Positions 26,981 to 36,639 of a stretch of 36,919 bases of DNA are shown piece after piece. This DNA comes from an uncultured Eubacteriales bacterium. GTDB lineage: Bacteria > Bacillota > Clostridia > Lachnospirales > Lachnospiraceae. The notes beneath the pieces are model-generated. The model made no database searches. It had not been told where the DNA came from and saw only the letters and a program-made list of their open reading frames with translations. Both the position numbers and the translations under genes were made by a program. The stretch lies in NCBI GenBank assembly GCA_900315015.1, contig OMXJ01000030.1:1-36919 (forward strand), given 5' to 3'. The number at the start of each line of letters is the position of its first letter. Within the stretch, counting starts at the first letter, position 1.

Positions 26981-27586
26981 ATGATTTATTATTTGTGGTT
27001 AGAAAAGGAAGGTGGCTCTGAAGGAAAAGCTCTTTTAGGAGAGGGCTTTTCTGAAGGGATTCCTGAAAAAGCAGGCTTAGAGGATCTGATGATGCTTATG
27101 CTTTGCGGTAAAAAGGAGGCCTTCTGTATTAATCTCATAGAGTCACAGGATAAGAAAATTTATCCTGACATGCTCTATGATACGGGCCTTGAAGAAAAGG
27201 GCGCTGTTAGCTTTAAGCTCTTTGAAGCCTATAAAAAGGCCATTAAATGCTTTGATTCTTCAAGAGTTTTAGCTTTTTCTGCAGGAGAGGATGAAGCAGG
27301 CCTTGAAAAAGAGGTGATGGCCGCTAGAAAAATCGAGCAGTGTCTTGTTCTTGAAGAAAAGAGAAGTAAAGAGCTTCTTTTAAATGATGAGGATATGGCT
27401 AAAATTAAGGGAATATCTGAAAAGCTCAGGCTTTCAGCGACTATGGAGCTTGATCTTGTGAAAAAGCTGCAGTATTCTAAATGCGCCAATATCGGATATT
27501 TGGAAAGATTAGAAAAATTAGATGTAGTGGTAAAATCAAAGCTTCAGGCAAAGCAGCTGTTAGCTGAGGTGTTTGAGGACTTATGA
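26981..27586 (+). CDS. Hypothetical protein (201 aa), translationally coupled to the downstream radical SAM gene
   Basis: An ORF with a 4-bp overlap (ATGA) with the next gene. No recognisable motifs and no clear RBS at the annotated start. Confidence 0.4.
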   Translation: MIYYLWLEKEGGSEGKALLGEGFSEGIPEKAGLEDLMMLMLCGKKEAFCINLIESQDKKIYPDMLYDTGLEEKGAVSFKLFEAYKKAIKCFDSSRVLAFSAGEDEAGLEKEVMAARKIEQCLVLEEKRSKELLLNDEDMAKIKGISEKLRLSATMELDLVKKLQYSKCANIGYLERLEKLDVVVKSKLQAKQLLAEVFEDL

Positions 27587-28656
27587 TGAAATATGAGCAA
27601 ATGGATGATAAAGTTTTAAAAAGCAGTATTTATAATCGCCACTTTTCTCACATATATGTGGAAGAGGAGGCTAAGGGCTATCCTATCACCGAAGAGATTC
27701 TTAATAAGCTGAAGGGGGAGAGAAGGGATGATTTAATAATCCTTGAGGTAGATTCCTATACCAGGCTTTTTAATAGAAGAAGACAGAATTTTGTCAGGGA
27801 AAAGAATTCACTATCGCTTATACTTGCTGTAAAGCATGGGAATCTATCCTATAAGGGAGCTCCCTTTTGCCAGGATTTTGGCAATGAGAATTTTTACTAT
27901 ACGAGTGTTCTTTTAAACTGTCTGTTCGACTGTGAATACTGTTATTTATCGGGTATGTACCCTTCGGCTTATGTGGTGCTGTTTGTCAATATTGAGGATT
28001 ATTTTAATGACATAGCTGATAAGCTAAAGGATGGAAGGAAGGCTTATTACTGTATTTCCTATGATACGGATCTGCTAGCCTTTGAAGGTCTTTTTGGTCT
28101 ATCGAGAAGATTTTTTGAATTTGCTTCAAGGCCTGAAAATAAAGGACTTAAGATAGAGCTTAGGACTAAAAGTGCTGCAGTGCTTGATATTTCGGGACTT
28201 AGCACTGAAAATATAGAAAATTTTGTGATAGCAATTACCTTATCTCCAGAGAAGGTAATTAAGAGCTTTGAGCATAGGACACCTTCTCTTGAGGCAAGAC
28301 TTTTGGCTTTAAAGAGGCTTGCGGCGGCGGGGTTTCCGGTGAGACTTATCTTTGATCCGGTAATAAAGCTGCAGGGCTTTGAGGAGATATATGAAGAATT
28401 TTTCTATAGGTGTGAGACTTTTCTAAAGGAGAATAAGATAGAGCCTCTAGACTGCGGTCTAGGAACCTTTAGGATTTCGGATACTTATCTTTCGAATCTT
28501 AGAAAGGTAAGGAAAGCTTCTGAAATTACTTCATATCCTTACGAGAGTGCCCGTGGTTTTTCATCTTACTCGGAAAAAAATAATGAAAGGATCCTGAAAT
28601 TCTGCAGAGAAAGAATTGAAAGATTTATTCCTTCTGAAAGAATATTTACGATCTAA
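27583..28656 (+). CDS. Radical SAM protein, spore-photoproduct-lyase (SPL/SplB) family-like
   Basis: CX3CX2C cluster NCLFDCEYCYLSG near residue 113; size ~350 aa; overall resemblance to the SPL-family DNA repair radical SAM fold. Confidence 0.55.
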   Translation: MMKYEQMDDKVLKSSIYNRHFSHIYVEEEAKGYPITEEILNKLKGERRDDLIILEVDSYTRLFNRRRQNFVREKNSLSLILAVKHGNLSYKGAPFCQDFGNENFYYTSVLLNCLFDCEYCYLSGMYPSAYVVLFVNIEDYFNDIADKLKDGRKAYYCISYDTDLLAFEGLFGLSRRFFEFASRPENKGLKIELRTKSAAVLDISGLSTENIENFVIAITLSPEKVIKSFEHRTPSLEARLLALKRLAAAGFPVRLIFDPVIKLQGFEEIYEEFFYRCETFLKENKIEPLDCGLGTFRISDTYLSNLRKVRKASEITSYPYESARGFSSYSEKNNERILKFCRERIERFIPSERIFTI

Positions 28657-28681
28657 TAATAAAGGAAAGTGTATCAAGAAA

Positions 28682-31543
28682 ATGAATTACAATTATTCAA
28701 AAGCGGCGATAATTGAAAAGCAGCATGAGCTGCGTTCAATATCTACAAGAATGATTTCTAAATGGAGAGTATTTGCCTTTAGAGTGGTGATGGTAGTAGC
28801 GGTATGTGCTGTCATAATAGGCGTATATGCCGGATACGGTGCAGTAAAGGGCATAATCGATTGTGCTCCTGAGCTATCCCAGATCGATATCAATCCTGAG
28901 GGCTTTGCTTCTACCATTTACTTCTCAGACGGTACTGTCTCAGGAAAGCTTACCGGTGCTGAGGCAAACAGAGTAGAGGTCGATATCGAGCAGGTTCCGG
29001 AGGTGCTTCAGCATGCCTTTGTTGCTATTGAGGATGAGCGTTTCTACGATCATGATGGTATCGATATCCGTGGTATTTTCCGTGCGGGCTACTCAGTTTT
29101 CAAAGAGGGCGACCTTGGCTATGGTGCTAGTACAATTGACCAGCAGCTTTTAAAGAACAGGGTCTTCAATAATGGTAATGAGTCGAATGCTTATGACAAG
29201 ATCGTTCGTAAGATACAAGAGCAGTACCTTGCCATTCAGCTCGAGCATGTATATACAAAGAATGATATTCTTGAAGCGTATATGAATACCATCAACCTTG
29301 GTAATAAGTCCTATGGTGTTGAAAAGGCAGCAGAGAATTATTTTGGAAAGAAGGTAGAGGAAATTACTCTTTCTGAGGCTGCAGTAATTGCTTCCATAGC
29401 TCTTTCACCGGTTCGTTGTAATCCTATTACAAACCCTGAGAAGAATGCAGAAAGAAGACTTGCCTGCCTTAATACAATGCTTAAGCTTGGCTATTGCAGT
29501 AAGTCAGAATATGATGAAGCTCTTAAGGATGATGTTTATACAAGAATCAAGAACTATAATGAGCAAAAGAAGAATGAAAAGAAGGAAGAGGGAGAGACCT
29601 ATTATTCATATTTCCAGGATGAGCTTGTTTCTGTTATAATTGAAGATCTTCAGGAAAAGCTCGGAATGACCTATGAGGAGGCTTCTACTAAGCTTTATAA
29701 CGGTGGTCTTAGTATTTATACAACTCAGGATAGAGAAATCCAGGAGGTTGTAGATAGATATTACTGCGATGAGAGCAACTTCCCTGCAATGGGTAATGAC
29801 GGAGGTTCTTTCTACGAGCTTTCAAAGCAGTATGCAGTTTCAATTCTTCATTCAGACGGAACTCAGACACATTATAACAGAGCTGATTTCCTTGAATATT
29901 ATTCAGATTATAATGATAGGACAAATAATTTCTATCATGCAAAGTATCCATATAATCATACTGGCATAAGCCAGTATACCGTAAGCACTGAGCTTATGGA
30001 CGAGCTGCTTGATGCATATATCAATTCTCTTCTTAAGGATGGAGATCAGGTAATTGCAGAGAGCAACCGTGTTTATACACTTCAGCCGGAATCCTCCTTT
30101 GTTCTTATTAATCAGGAAAACGGTGGTGTTGTAGCAATTTATGGAGGACGTGGTGAAAAGACAGGTTCTCTTACACTTAACAGAGCAACTAAGACTCTTA
30201 GACAGATAGGTTCTACCTTCAAGGTTTTAGCAAGCTTCCTTCCGGCACTTGATGGAGCAGGAATGACACTTGCTTCTGTAGTAGATGATGCTCTTTACTA
30301 TTATCCAAATACTACTACAAAGGTTGATAACTGGAATGGTGAAGTCTATAAGGGACTTATGCCTATCCGTCAGGGTATTATAAATTCTATGAACGTTGTA
30401 GCCTGCCGTGTACTTGAAAAGGTAACTCCAGAGCTTGCGTTCAGCTATCTTAAGAAGTTAGGATTTACTACACTTGTAGAATCGGAAACTGATGCAAATG
30501 GAAGAAGCTATACAGATATAAGCATTCCTCTTGCACTTGGTGGTATCACTCACGGTGTTACAAACCTTGAGCTTACAGCAGCTTATGCAACTATTGCAGG
30601 CGGCGGTGTTTACCACAAGCCTATTTATTATACAAAGATCCTTGATTATAAGGGAAATGTTCTTTTAGAGAATGATACCGGTGGAACTCAGGTTATCAAG
30701 AACTCTACTGCATGGCTCCTTACAGATGCGATGGTAGGTGTTACTACTGAGGGTACTGGTAAGAGACTTGCTTTTAGAGATGATGAAGTTTATTCAATGA
30801 TAAAGGAGCATGTAAAGGAAAAGCTCGGCCTGAGTGATGATGAGGTATCTGGCAGCGATGAGTACAAGACAATGGTCAAGGATCTCAGCGAAGCAATGAC
30901 TGGCATTAAGGTAGCTGGTAAGACAGGTACAACTCATGACTATACTGATGAATGGTTCGTTGGTTTTACTACTCATTATACAGCTGGTATCTGGACAGGT
31001 TTTGATAATAACCTGTCTCAGATTAATAAGAATTACCATCAGAATCTCTGGCGTAAGCTTATGGAGGAAATCGCAGTCCTTAAGGAGACCCCGGCAGAGG
31101 ATTGGGAAATGCCGGATTCAATTGTTACTGCTAAAATCTGTACAAAGTGCGGAAAGCTTGCTGTTGACGGACTTTGTGATAGAGCAGGCCAAAGAAGCGG
31201 TGAAACTACAAAGGTCGAGTACTTTGCAAAGGGTACTGTGCCTGTTGAGAACTGTACCTGCCACGTAGCGGTAAGAATCTGTGCTGATTCAGGCGGAATT
31301 GCAGGTCCATACTGTCCAAATACATATACAAAGATCTATCTTCGTAAGGATGAGACTTCTTACACCTGGGATTCAGATTATGTATACCCTTCATGGCTTA
31401 AGAAGTGTAAGGTACATACTAGTGCAGCAGATCTTATCGTACCTGATACTAGTGAAGAGGATTCAGGAGATGACGAAAGTTCATCTGATGAGGATTCTTC
31501 TGGCGGCGGTGCAGATAGCGGCGATGAGGGCAGCGAAGAATAG
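28682..31543 (+). CDS. Class A penicillin-binding protein (PBP1A, bifunctional transglycosylase/transpeptidase) with a Cys-rich segment and an acidic C-terminal tail
   Basis: Signal-anchor TM. Glycosyltransferase motifs (IAIEDERFYDHDGID, RKIQEQYLA). Transpeptidase motifs STFK, SMN, KTGT. C-terminal CTKCGK...CDRAG...CTCHVAVRICADSGG...YCPN, then EEDSGDDESSSDEDSSGGGADSGDEGSEE. The start is set at ATG 28682 (MNYNYSK) to avoid overlapping the upstream gene. Confidence 0.85.
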   Translation: MNYNYSKAAIIEKQHELRSISTRMISKWRVFAFRVVMVVAVCAVIIGVYAGYGAVKGIIDCAPELSQIDINPEGFASTIYFSDGTVSGKLTGAEANRVEVDIEQVPEVLQHAFVAIEDERFYDHDGIDIRGIFRAGYSVFKEGDLGYGASTIDQQLLKNRVFNNGNESNAYDKIVRKIQEQYLAIQLEHVYTKNDILEAYMNTINLGNKSYGVEKAAENYFGKKVEEITLSEAAVIASIALSPVRCNPITNPEKNAERRLACLNTMLKLGYCSKSEYDEALKDDVYTRIKNYNEQKKNEKKEEGETYYSYFQDELVSVIIEDLQEKLGMTYEEASTKLYNGGLSIYTTQDREIQEVVDRYYCDESNFPAMGNDGGSFYELSKQYAVSILHSDGTQTHYNRADFLEYYSDYNDRTNNFYHAKYPYNHTGISQYTVSTELMDELLDAYINSLLKDGDQVIAESNRVYTLQPESSFVLINQENGGVVAIYGGRGEKTGSLTLNRATKTLRQIGSTFKVLASFLPALDGAGMTLASVVDDALYYYPNTTTKVDNWNGEVYKGLMPIRQGIINSMNVVACRVLEKVTPELAFSYLKKLGFTTLVESETDANGRSYTDISIPLALGGITHGVTNLELTAAYATIAGGGVYHKPIYYTKILDYKGNVLLENDTGGTQVIKNSTAWLLTDAMVGVTTEGTGKRLAFRDDEVYSMIKEHVKEKLGLSDDEVSGSDEYKTMVKDLSEAMTGIKVAGKTGTTHDYTDEWFVGFTTHYTAGIWTGFDNNLSQINKNYHQNLWRKLMEEIAVLKETPAEDWEMPDSIVTAKICTKCGKLAVDGLCDRAGQRSGETTKVEYFAKGTVPVENCTCHVAVRICADSGGIAGPYCPNTYTKIYLRKDETSYTWDSDYVYPSWLKKCKVHTSAADLIVPDTSEEDSGDDESSSDEDSSGGGADSGDEGSEE

Positions 31544-31610
31544 TGTTGTTAAATGGTTCATAGACCAAGACAGAAGAAATGTAAATAATCGTGTGAAAAA
31601 TGGAGGATTT

Positions 31611-32549
31611 ATGTACACCGTAAAATTGACAAAGCTTATTGAAAAAATGGAATTAGAGTGCGTTACCCCTGAAGTGGATTATGCAAATATCAGACTTACT
31701 CAGACTGATGTAAATAGACCGGCTCTTCAGCTTACAGGTTTCTTTGAGAATTTTGATTCAGAGCGTGTTCAGGTAATCGGTAATGTAGAATATTCATATA
31801 TGCAGCAGCTTGGAGAAGAAAAGACCATTGAGATGGTAAGGAAGATAATGTCCTTTAAGATGCCTTGCATAGTGTTCTGTAGAAGCCTTCCTGTCAGTGA
31901 GGGAATAAAGAAGTGTGCGGTAGAGGCAGGAGTTCCTGTATTTTCAACTTCAAAGACTACTTCAGCCTTCATGGCAGAGGTAATAAGATGGCTCAATGTC
32001 GAGCTTGCACCAAGAATTGCTATCCACGGTGTTCTTGTAGATGTATACGGTGAAGGTCTTCTCATCATGGGCGAATCCGGTATCGGTAAGAGCGAGGCTG
32101 CTCTTGAGCTCATTAAGAGAGGTCATAGACTTGTAGCAGATGATGTAGTTGAAATCAAGAAGGTATCTGATGATACCTTAATTGGTTCATCACCTGAAAA
32201 TATCAGACATCTTATCGAGCTTAGAGGTATAGGAATCATCGACGTAAAGACCTTATTCGGTGTAGAAGCGGTAAAGAATACTCAGTCAATCAATCTTGTC
32301 ATCAAGCTTGAAGAGTGGCATAAGGATAAGGAATATGACAGACTTGGCATTGAGGAGCAGTATACTGAATTCCTCGGAAATAAGATAGTTTGTCATAACA
32401 TTCCAATCAGACCGGGCCGTAACCTTGCAATTATCTGTGAATCTGCGGCTGTCAACTACCGTCAGAAGAAGATGGGCTATAATGCAGCTAAGGAATTCTA
32501 CAATAGAATGGCCGGCGGCCTTATGAAACATAACGAGGATGATGATTGA
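31611..32549 (+). CDS. hprK: HPr kinase/phosphorylase
   Basis: Walker A GESGIGKSEAALELIKRGHRLVADD and the HprK signature. 313 aa from ATG 31611 with RBS GGAGG. The ORF-track start at 31281 is an in-frame upstream read-through, not a credible start. Confidence 0.9.
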   Translation: MYTVKLTKLIEKMELECVTPEVDYANIRLTQTDVNRPALQLTGFFENFDSERVQVIGNVEYSYMQQLGEEKTIEMVRKIMSFKMPCIVFCRSLPVSEGIKKCAVEAGVPVFSTSKTTSAFMAEVIRWLNVELAPRIAIHGVLVDVYGEGLLIMGESGIGKSEAALELIKRGHRLVADDVVEIKKVSDDTLIGSSPENIRHLIELRGIGIIDVKTLFGVEAVKNTQSINLVIKLEEWHKDKEYDRLGIEEQYTEFLGNKIVCHNIPIRPGRNLAIICESAAVNYRQKKMGYNAAKEFYNRMAGGLMKHNEDDD

Positions 32550-32638
32550 TTTATATAGAAGACAAATGATCTGTAAAGAGGAAAGTTTTTGGTATTAAAA
32601 AAAATAATATATATTTAACGGGAAAGGACATTAAGAAA

Positions 32639-33619
32639 ATGGCTAAGTCAAATGCAAAGTATTGTTTCGGAGTAGATATCGGAGGAACAACCGTAAAGCT
32701 CGGATTATTTACCAAGGAAGGTGAGGTCCTTGATAAGTGGGAGATTCCTACAAACAGAGAGAATCATGGAGAAAGCGTTCCAGGAGATATTGCTGCTTCA
32801 ATTCTAGCTAAGCTTGAAGAAAAGAATATTAATAAGGATGAAGTAATTGGTATGGGCTGCGGAGTTCCAGGACCAATGAAGCAGGATGGAACAGTACTTA
32901 AGTGTGCTAATCTCGGATGGGATATTTTTAATGTAAATGAGAAGATGGAGCAGCTGACAGGAATTACTTGTGCAGCTGGTAATGATGCTAATGTTGCAGC
33001 ACTTGGTGAAATGTGGAAGGGTGCTGGAGCAGGCTATAAGAACATGGTAATGGTTACACTTGGTACAGGTGTTGGCGGCGGTGTTATCGTTGATGGTAAG
33101 ATGATTGCAGGAAGCAATGGTGCTGGCGGCGAAATCGGCCATATGGTAGTTAATCCTGCTGAGACGGCGGTATGTGGCTGCGGAGGTCATGGACATCTTG
33201 AGCAGTATGCTTCAGCAACTGGTGTTGTCAGAATGGCAACAGAGCAGCTTAAGAGTGAAACAAGACAGACAGCTCTTAGAAATTTTGAAAAGCTTACAGC
33301 AAAGGATATCTTTGATCAGGCAAAGGCAGGAGATGAGGTTGCAGTAGAGCTTGTTGATAAGCTTGGCTTCTATCTTGGTTTTGCACTTGGAAATGTTGCC
33401 TGTGTATGCGACCCACAGGCTTTTATCATCGGCGGAGGTGTTTCAAGAGCAGGAGATATCCTCATAGATGCTATTTCAAAGCATTATAATGAAAATGTAA
33501 TGTTTGCACTTAAGAATAAGGATTTCAAGATTGCTACTCTTGGAAATGATGCAGGTATTTATGGAAGCGCAAAGCTCATCCTCGATATTGTTAAGGGTGA
33601 AGATGTTACTGCAGACTAA
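32639..33619 (+). CDS. glcK: ROK-family glucokinase
   Basis: N-terminal GVDIGGTTVKLGLF, the ROK zinc motif CGCGGHGHLE, and a ~320-aa length. Confidence 0.85.
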   Translation: MAKSNAKYCFGVDIGGTTVKLGLFTKEGEVLDKWEIPTNRENHGESVPGDIAASILAKLEEKNINKDEVIGMGCGVPGPMKQDGTVLKCANLGWDIFNVNEKMEQLTGITCAAGNDANVAALGEMWKGAGAGYKNMVMVTLGTGVGGGVIVDGKMIAGSNGAGGEIGHMVVNPAETAVCGCGGHGHLEQYASATGVVRMATEQLKSETRQTALRNFEKLTAKDIFDQAKAGDEVAVELVDKLGFYLGFALGNVACVCDPQAFIIGGGVSRAGDILIDAISKHYNENVMFALKNKDFKIATLGNDAGIYGSAKLILDIVKGEDVTAD

Positions 33620-33628
33620 TAGGTAGAG

Positions 33629-34597
33629 ATGGCAAGTAAGATGGATTTTAAGCAGGAATTGTTAAATATAATAAAGAATGGCTCTCTTCTTTTAGATGAG
33701 CCGATGAGCAGGCATACCACCTTTGGTACGGGCGGGCCTGCTAGCTTCTTTGTGAAGGAGCAGGGAAGAGATGCAGGTAAAGAGGCTGCTAGTGTGATTG
33801 CTCTTTGCCAGAAAGAGAAAATGCCTTATTATATTCTTGGCAATGGAAGTAATGTCCTATTTGCAGATGAGGGATATGACGGCCTTGTAATTTACATGGC
33901 CCCTGACAATGCAGAGGATATTGTAATAGAAGAAAAGGAAGCTTCTTTTAAGGTAAGTGTAAATGCCGGGGCAATGCTCGGCGCTACTGCGACAAAGGTG
34001 AGCCGCCTTGGAGGCAGAGGCTTTGAATTTGCAGCAGGAATTCCTGGAAGCGTCGGCGGTGCTGTATTTATGAATGCCGGTGCCTATGATGGCCAGATAA
34101 ATGATGTCATAGTAAATGCAGAGGTTTATCTGATAGAAAATGGCGAAGTGACCAGGAAGGTCTTTGGTAAAGAGGATCTGAAGCTATCTTATAGGCATAG
34201 CGCTCTTATGGAGCATGAAGAAAATGGTAGTGCAGTCATCTGCGCCGCGGCAGAGTTTGAAGTCAAAAAAGGAAATGCAAAGGAAGCTATGGACCTGATT
34301 GCTGAGCTTAGGGAAAAAAGAGTCAGCAAGCAGCCACTTGAATATAAGAGTGCAGGAAGTACCTTTAAAAGGCCTGAAAATAATTATGCAGGAAAGCTTA
34401 TTCAAGAGGCAGGACTTAGAGGTTATAGCGTAGGCGATGCTCAGGTTTCAGAAAAGCATTGCGGCTTTGTAATAAATAAGGGAGCTGCAACTACAGGTGA
34501 CATTGTTACTTTAATGAGAACTGTAATTGACAGAGTATATGAAAATAGCGGAATAAGGCTTGAGCCTGAGGTGAGACTTGTTGGTGTAAGCCTTTAA
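33629..34597 (+). CDS. murB: UDP-N-acetylenolpyruvoylglucosamine reductase
   Basis: FAD-binding N-terminus (TTFGTGGPA, ILGNGSNVLFADEG), catalytic Ser in GSTFKRP, length 322 aa, and the conserved position upstream of rapZ. Confidence 0.85.
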   Translation: MASKMDFKQELLNIIKNGSLLLDEPMSRHTTFGTGGPASFFVKEQGRDAGKEAASVIALCQKEKMPYYILGNGSNVLFADEGYDGLVIYMAPDNAEDIVIEEKEASFKVSVNAGAMLGATATKVSRLGGRGFEFAAGIPGSVGGAVFMNAGAYDGQINDVIVNAEVYLIENGEVTRKVFGKEDLKLSYRHSALMEHEENGSAVICAAAEFEVKKGNAKEAMDLIAELREKRVSKQPLEYKSAGSTFKRPENNYAGKLIQEAGLRGYSVGDAQVSEKHCGFVINKGAATTGDIVTLMRTVIDRVYENSGIRLEPEVRLVGVSL

Positions 34598-34625
34598 GAA
34601 AAGGTATTGAGGAGAGGGTGGTATC

Positions 34626-35522
34626 ATGAAGGAAGAGACAGGTAGAAATATTATGAGGTTCGTTATAGTGACGGGTCTTTCAGGCGCGGGAAAAAGTACG
34701 GCGCTTAAGACATTAGAAGACTATGGTTATTTTTGCGTAGACAATCTTCCTCTTTTACTTATATCTGAATTTGCAAGAATCATGATCAAGGGCAATAATG
34801 CTCTTGATAAGATTGCTCTTGGAATTGATATAAGAAGCGGAGAGGAAATTGGAACAATTGGTGATATATTAAATCAGATAAAGGAGATGGGCGTCCAGTA
34901 TGAGGTGCTCTTCCTTGAATCTAATACTAAAGAGCTCATAAAGCGCTATAAGGAGACTAGAAGAGCTCATCCTCTATCAGGTACAAAGGGAAATGTAGAG
35001 GATGGAATAAAGAGAGAAAGAGAGCTGCTCGGCTATTTAAAGGAGCATGCTAATTATGTGGTAGATACCTCAAAGCTCCTTGTAAGGGATTTAAAGCAGG
35101 AACTTGAGCATATCTTTGTAGAAAATGGAGATTTTAATAATTTTGTAATTTCAATTACTTCTTTTGGTTTTAAGTATGGTATTCCAATAGATGCAGATCT
35201 TGTAATGGATGTAAGATTCTTGAACAATCCGTTCTATGTACCAGAGCTAAAGCCTTTATCAGGAAGAGATAAGGAAGTATTTGACTATGTAATGGCTAGT
35301 CCTACGGCAGAGGAATTTCTTAATAAGTATTTAGATCTGCTTAATTTCCTCATTCCTCAGTATAAGAAGGAGGGAAAGACAAATCTTGTCATAGGAATCG
35401 GCTGTACAGGTGGAAGACATAGATCAGTTGCTGTTGCCATAGAGCTTGGCAGAAGACTTATGGACGGTGAGTATGTAATCAAGGTAGACCATAGGGATCT
35501 AAGCAGAGATGTCAGCAGGTAG
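34626..35522 (+). CDS. rapZ: RNase adapter protein RapZ (YvcJ family P-loop NTPase)
   Basis: MRFVIVTGLSGAGKSTALKTLEDYGYFCVDNLP and the C-terminal GCTGGRHRS motif. RBS GAGGGTGG. Confidence 0.9.
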   Translation: MKEETGRNIMRFVIVTGLSGAGKSTALKTLEDYGYFCVDNLPLLLISEFARIMIKGNNALDKIALGIDIRSGEEIGTIGDILNQIKEMGVQYEVLFLESNTKELIKRYKETRRAHPLSGTKGNVEDGIKRERELLGYLKEHANYVVDTSKLLVRDLKQELEHIFVENGDFNNFVISITSFGFKYGIPIDADLVMDVRFLNNPFYVPELKPLSGRDKEVFDYVMASPTAEEFLNKYLDLLNFLIPQYKKEGKTNLVIGIGCTGGRHRSVAVAIELGRRLMDGEYVIKVDHRDLSRDVSR

Positions 35523-35532
35523 AGGTGATAAA

Positions 35533-36225
35533 TTGAGCTTTTACGAAAATTTGCGCAATGAGATTATTAATATTTCAGAAAGCTATGAAAAGCGCGGCAG
35601 GTTTTCAAACAGTGTTACCTTAGAGGATAGGGCAGAGTATATAAGATATGAATTTCTTCAGTGCGGAGGCATGAATGATCCTGAAAAATCTTATAGAGTT
35701 ACTTTCTCCTTTGATTCAAGGGAAAAGGCGGAGACCTTTGCAGAGGTGATTTATTTAGCTGCAAAGGAGGCTGATCTGTCATCGCTTATGGATATGAATG
35801 TAATTAAGCTTTCCTTAAGCAGCGGCATGCTTTACATAAAGGACAGCGATGCTATTTCAGCGCTGCTTCAGATAATGGGTGCTTCACATGCCATGATGGA
35901 GCTTGAGAATATAAAAATTCTCAAGAACCTCAGAAATAATTTGAATAGAAAGGTAAATTGTGAAGCAGGAAATATTGGAAAAGCTGTTAAGGCAGCAGGT
36001 AAGAGAATAGATGACATAAATTTCCTGAAAGAAAGGGGAGCTTTTGATGGGCTGCCTGAGGATTTAAAGGAAATAGGCAATCTTAGAATCATGTACCCTG
36101 AGGATAGCCTTAGCGAGCTTGGAGAAAAGCTGACGGAGAAGCTCGGAAAGAGCGGCGTGAGCCATCGCCTTGATAAGCTTTCTGCCGAAGCAGAGAAAAT
36201 ACGAAAAAGTGAACAAAAAAATTGA
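35533..36225 (+). CDS. whiA: Short WhiA-family sporulation/cell-division regulator (C-terminal HTH intact; most of the first LAGLIDADG-like subdomain absent)
   Basis: The HTH domain SLSELGEKLTEKLGKSGVSHRLDKL matches the WhiA C-terminus. The central region YIRYEFLQCGGMNDPE aligns with the second LAGLIDADG-like subdomain of WhiA. A likely TTG start at 35533 (MSFYEN..., like WhiA MSFSSE...) has an AGAGGTGA RBS; the ORF-track ATG is at 35509. The protein is ~230 aa against ~315 aa for typical WhiA. Confidence 0.65.
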   Translation: MSFYENLRNEIINISESYEKRGRFSNSVTLEDRAEYIRYEFLQCGGMNDPEKSYRVTFSFDSREKAETFAEVIYLAAKEADLSSLMDMNVIKLSLSSGMLYIKDSDAISALLQIMGASHAMMELENIKILKNLRNNLNRKVNCEAGNIGKAVKAAGKRIDDINFLKERGAFDGLPEDLKEIGNLRIMYPEDSLSELGEKLTEKLGKSGVSHRLDKLSAEAEKIRKSEQKN

Positions 36226-36273
36226 AGAAATTTCGCATATTTGTGTATTTTTACACAAATAGTAAAAATAGAC

Positions 36274-36300
36274 TTGACTTAGTCCAAATGTTGATATAAT
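36274..36300 (+). promoter_or_regulatory. Putative sigma-A promoter (TTGACT-N15-TGaTATAAT, extended -10) for the HPr-like gene
   Basis: -35 TTGACT at 36274-36279 and an extended -10 TGaTATAAT ending at 36300. The spacer is short (15 nt). An AT-rich hairpin ATTTGTGTA/TACACAAAT lies at 36239-36260 just upstream. Confidence 0.4.
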
Positions 36301-36361
36301 ATTGTCTTTGAATTCGGAGTTTTTTGTAATTTATGGATTTGAGTAACAGATAATATTAACA

Positions 36362-36637
36362 TTGCGGAGGAGTAAGATGGTTTCAAAAGTAATGAGTATT
36401 AGCGAAAAGGCTAATCTTGTACCAATCAAGATAGCAGAGCTTGTATCAATCGCAAATCAGTTCGATTCAAGTATTCACATTGAGCAGGACGACAAAGTTG
36501 TAAATGTAAAGAGCATTATGGGAATGATGGGACTTGGCATAACAACAGGAACAGAGTTTAAGGTTACTGCAGACGGTGAAGATGAGAGTCGCGCCATCGA
36601 AAAAATCGAGCAGTATGTCTGTGCTCTTGCTAGCTAA
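36362..36637 (+). CDS. HPr-like phosphocarrier paralog lacking the His15 phosphorylation site but retaining the Ser46 region (Crh-like)
   Basis: Gapless alignment to HPr/Crh places Val (gta, 36404-36406) at the position of His15/Gln15 and Ile at Arg17. Conserved VKSIMGMMGLG (Ser46) and TGTEFKVTADGEDE. RBS GGAGG. The genomic context rapZ-whiA-crh matches the Bacillus yvcJ-yvcK-whiA-crh arrangement. Confidence 0.7.
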   Translation: MRRSKMVSKVMSISEKANLVPIKIAELVSIANQFDSSIHIEQDDKVVNVKSIMGMMGLGITTGTEFKVTADGEDESRAIEKIEQYVCALAS

Positions 36638-36639
36638 AA

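Noticed and set aside
31281-31610. N-terminal 110-aa extension of the hprK ORF in the six-frame track
   Set aside because: This is an in-frame read-through of the PBP1A 3' region with no RBS. The conserved HprK sequence and a GGAGG RBS begin at ATG 31611.
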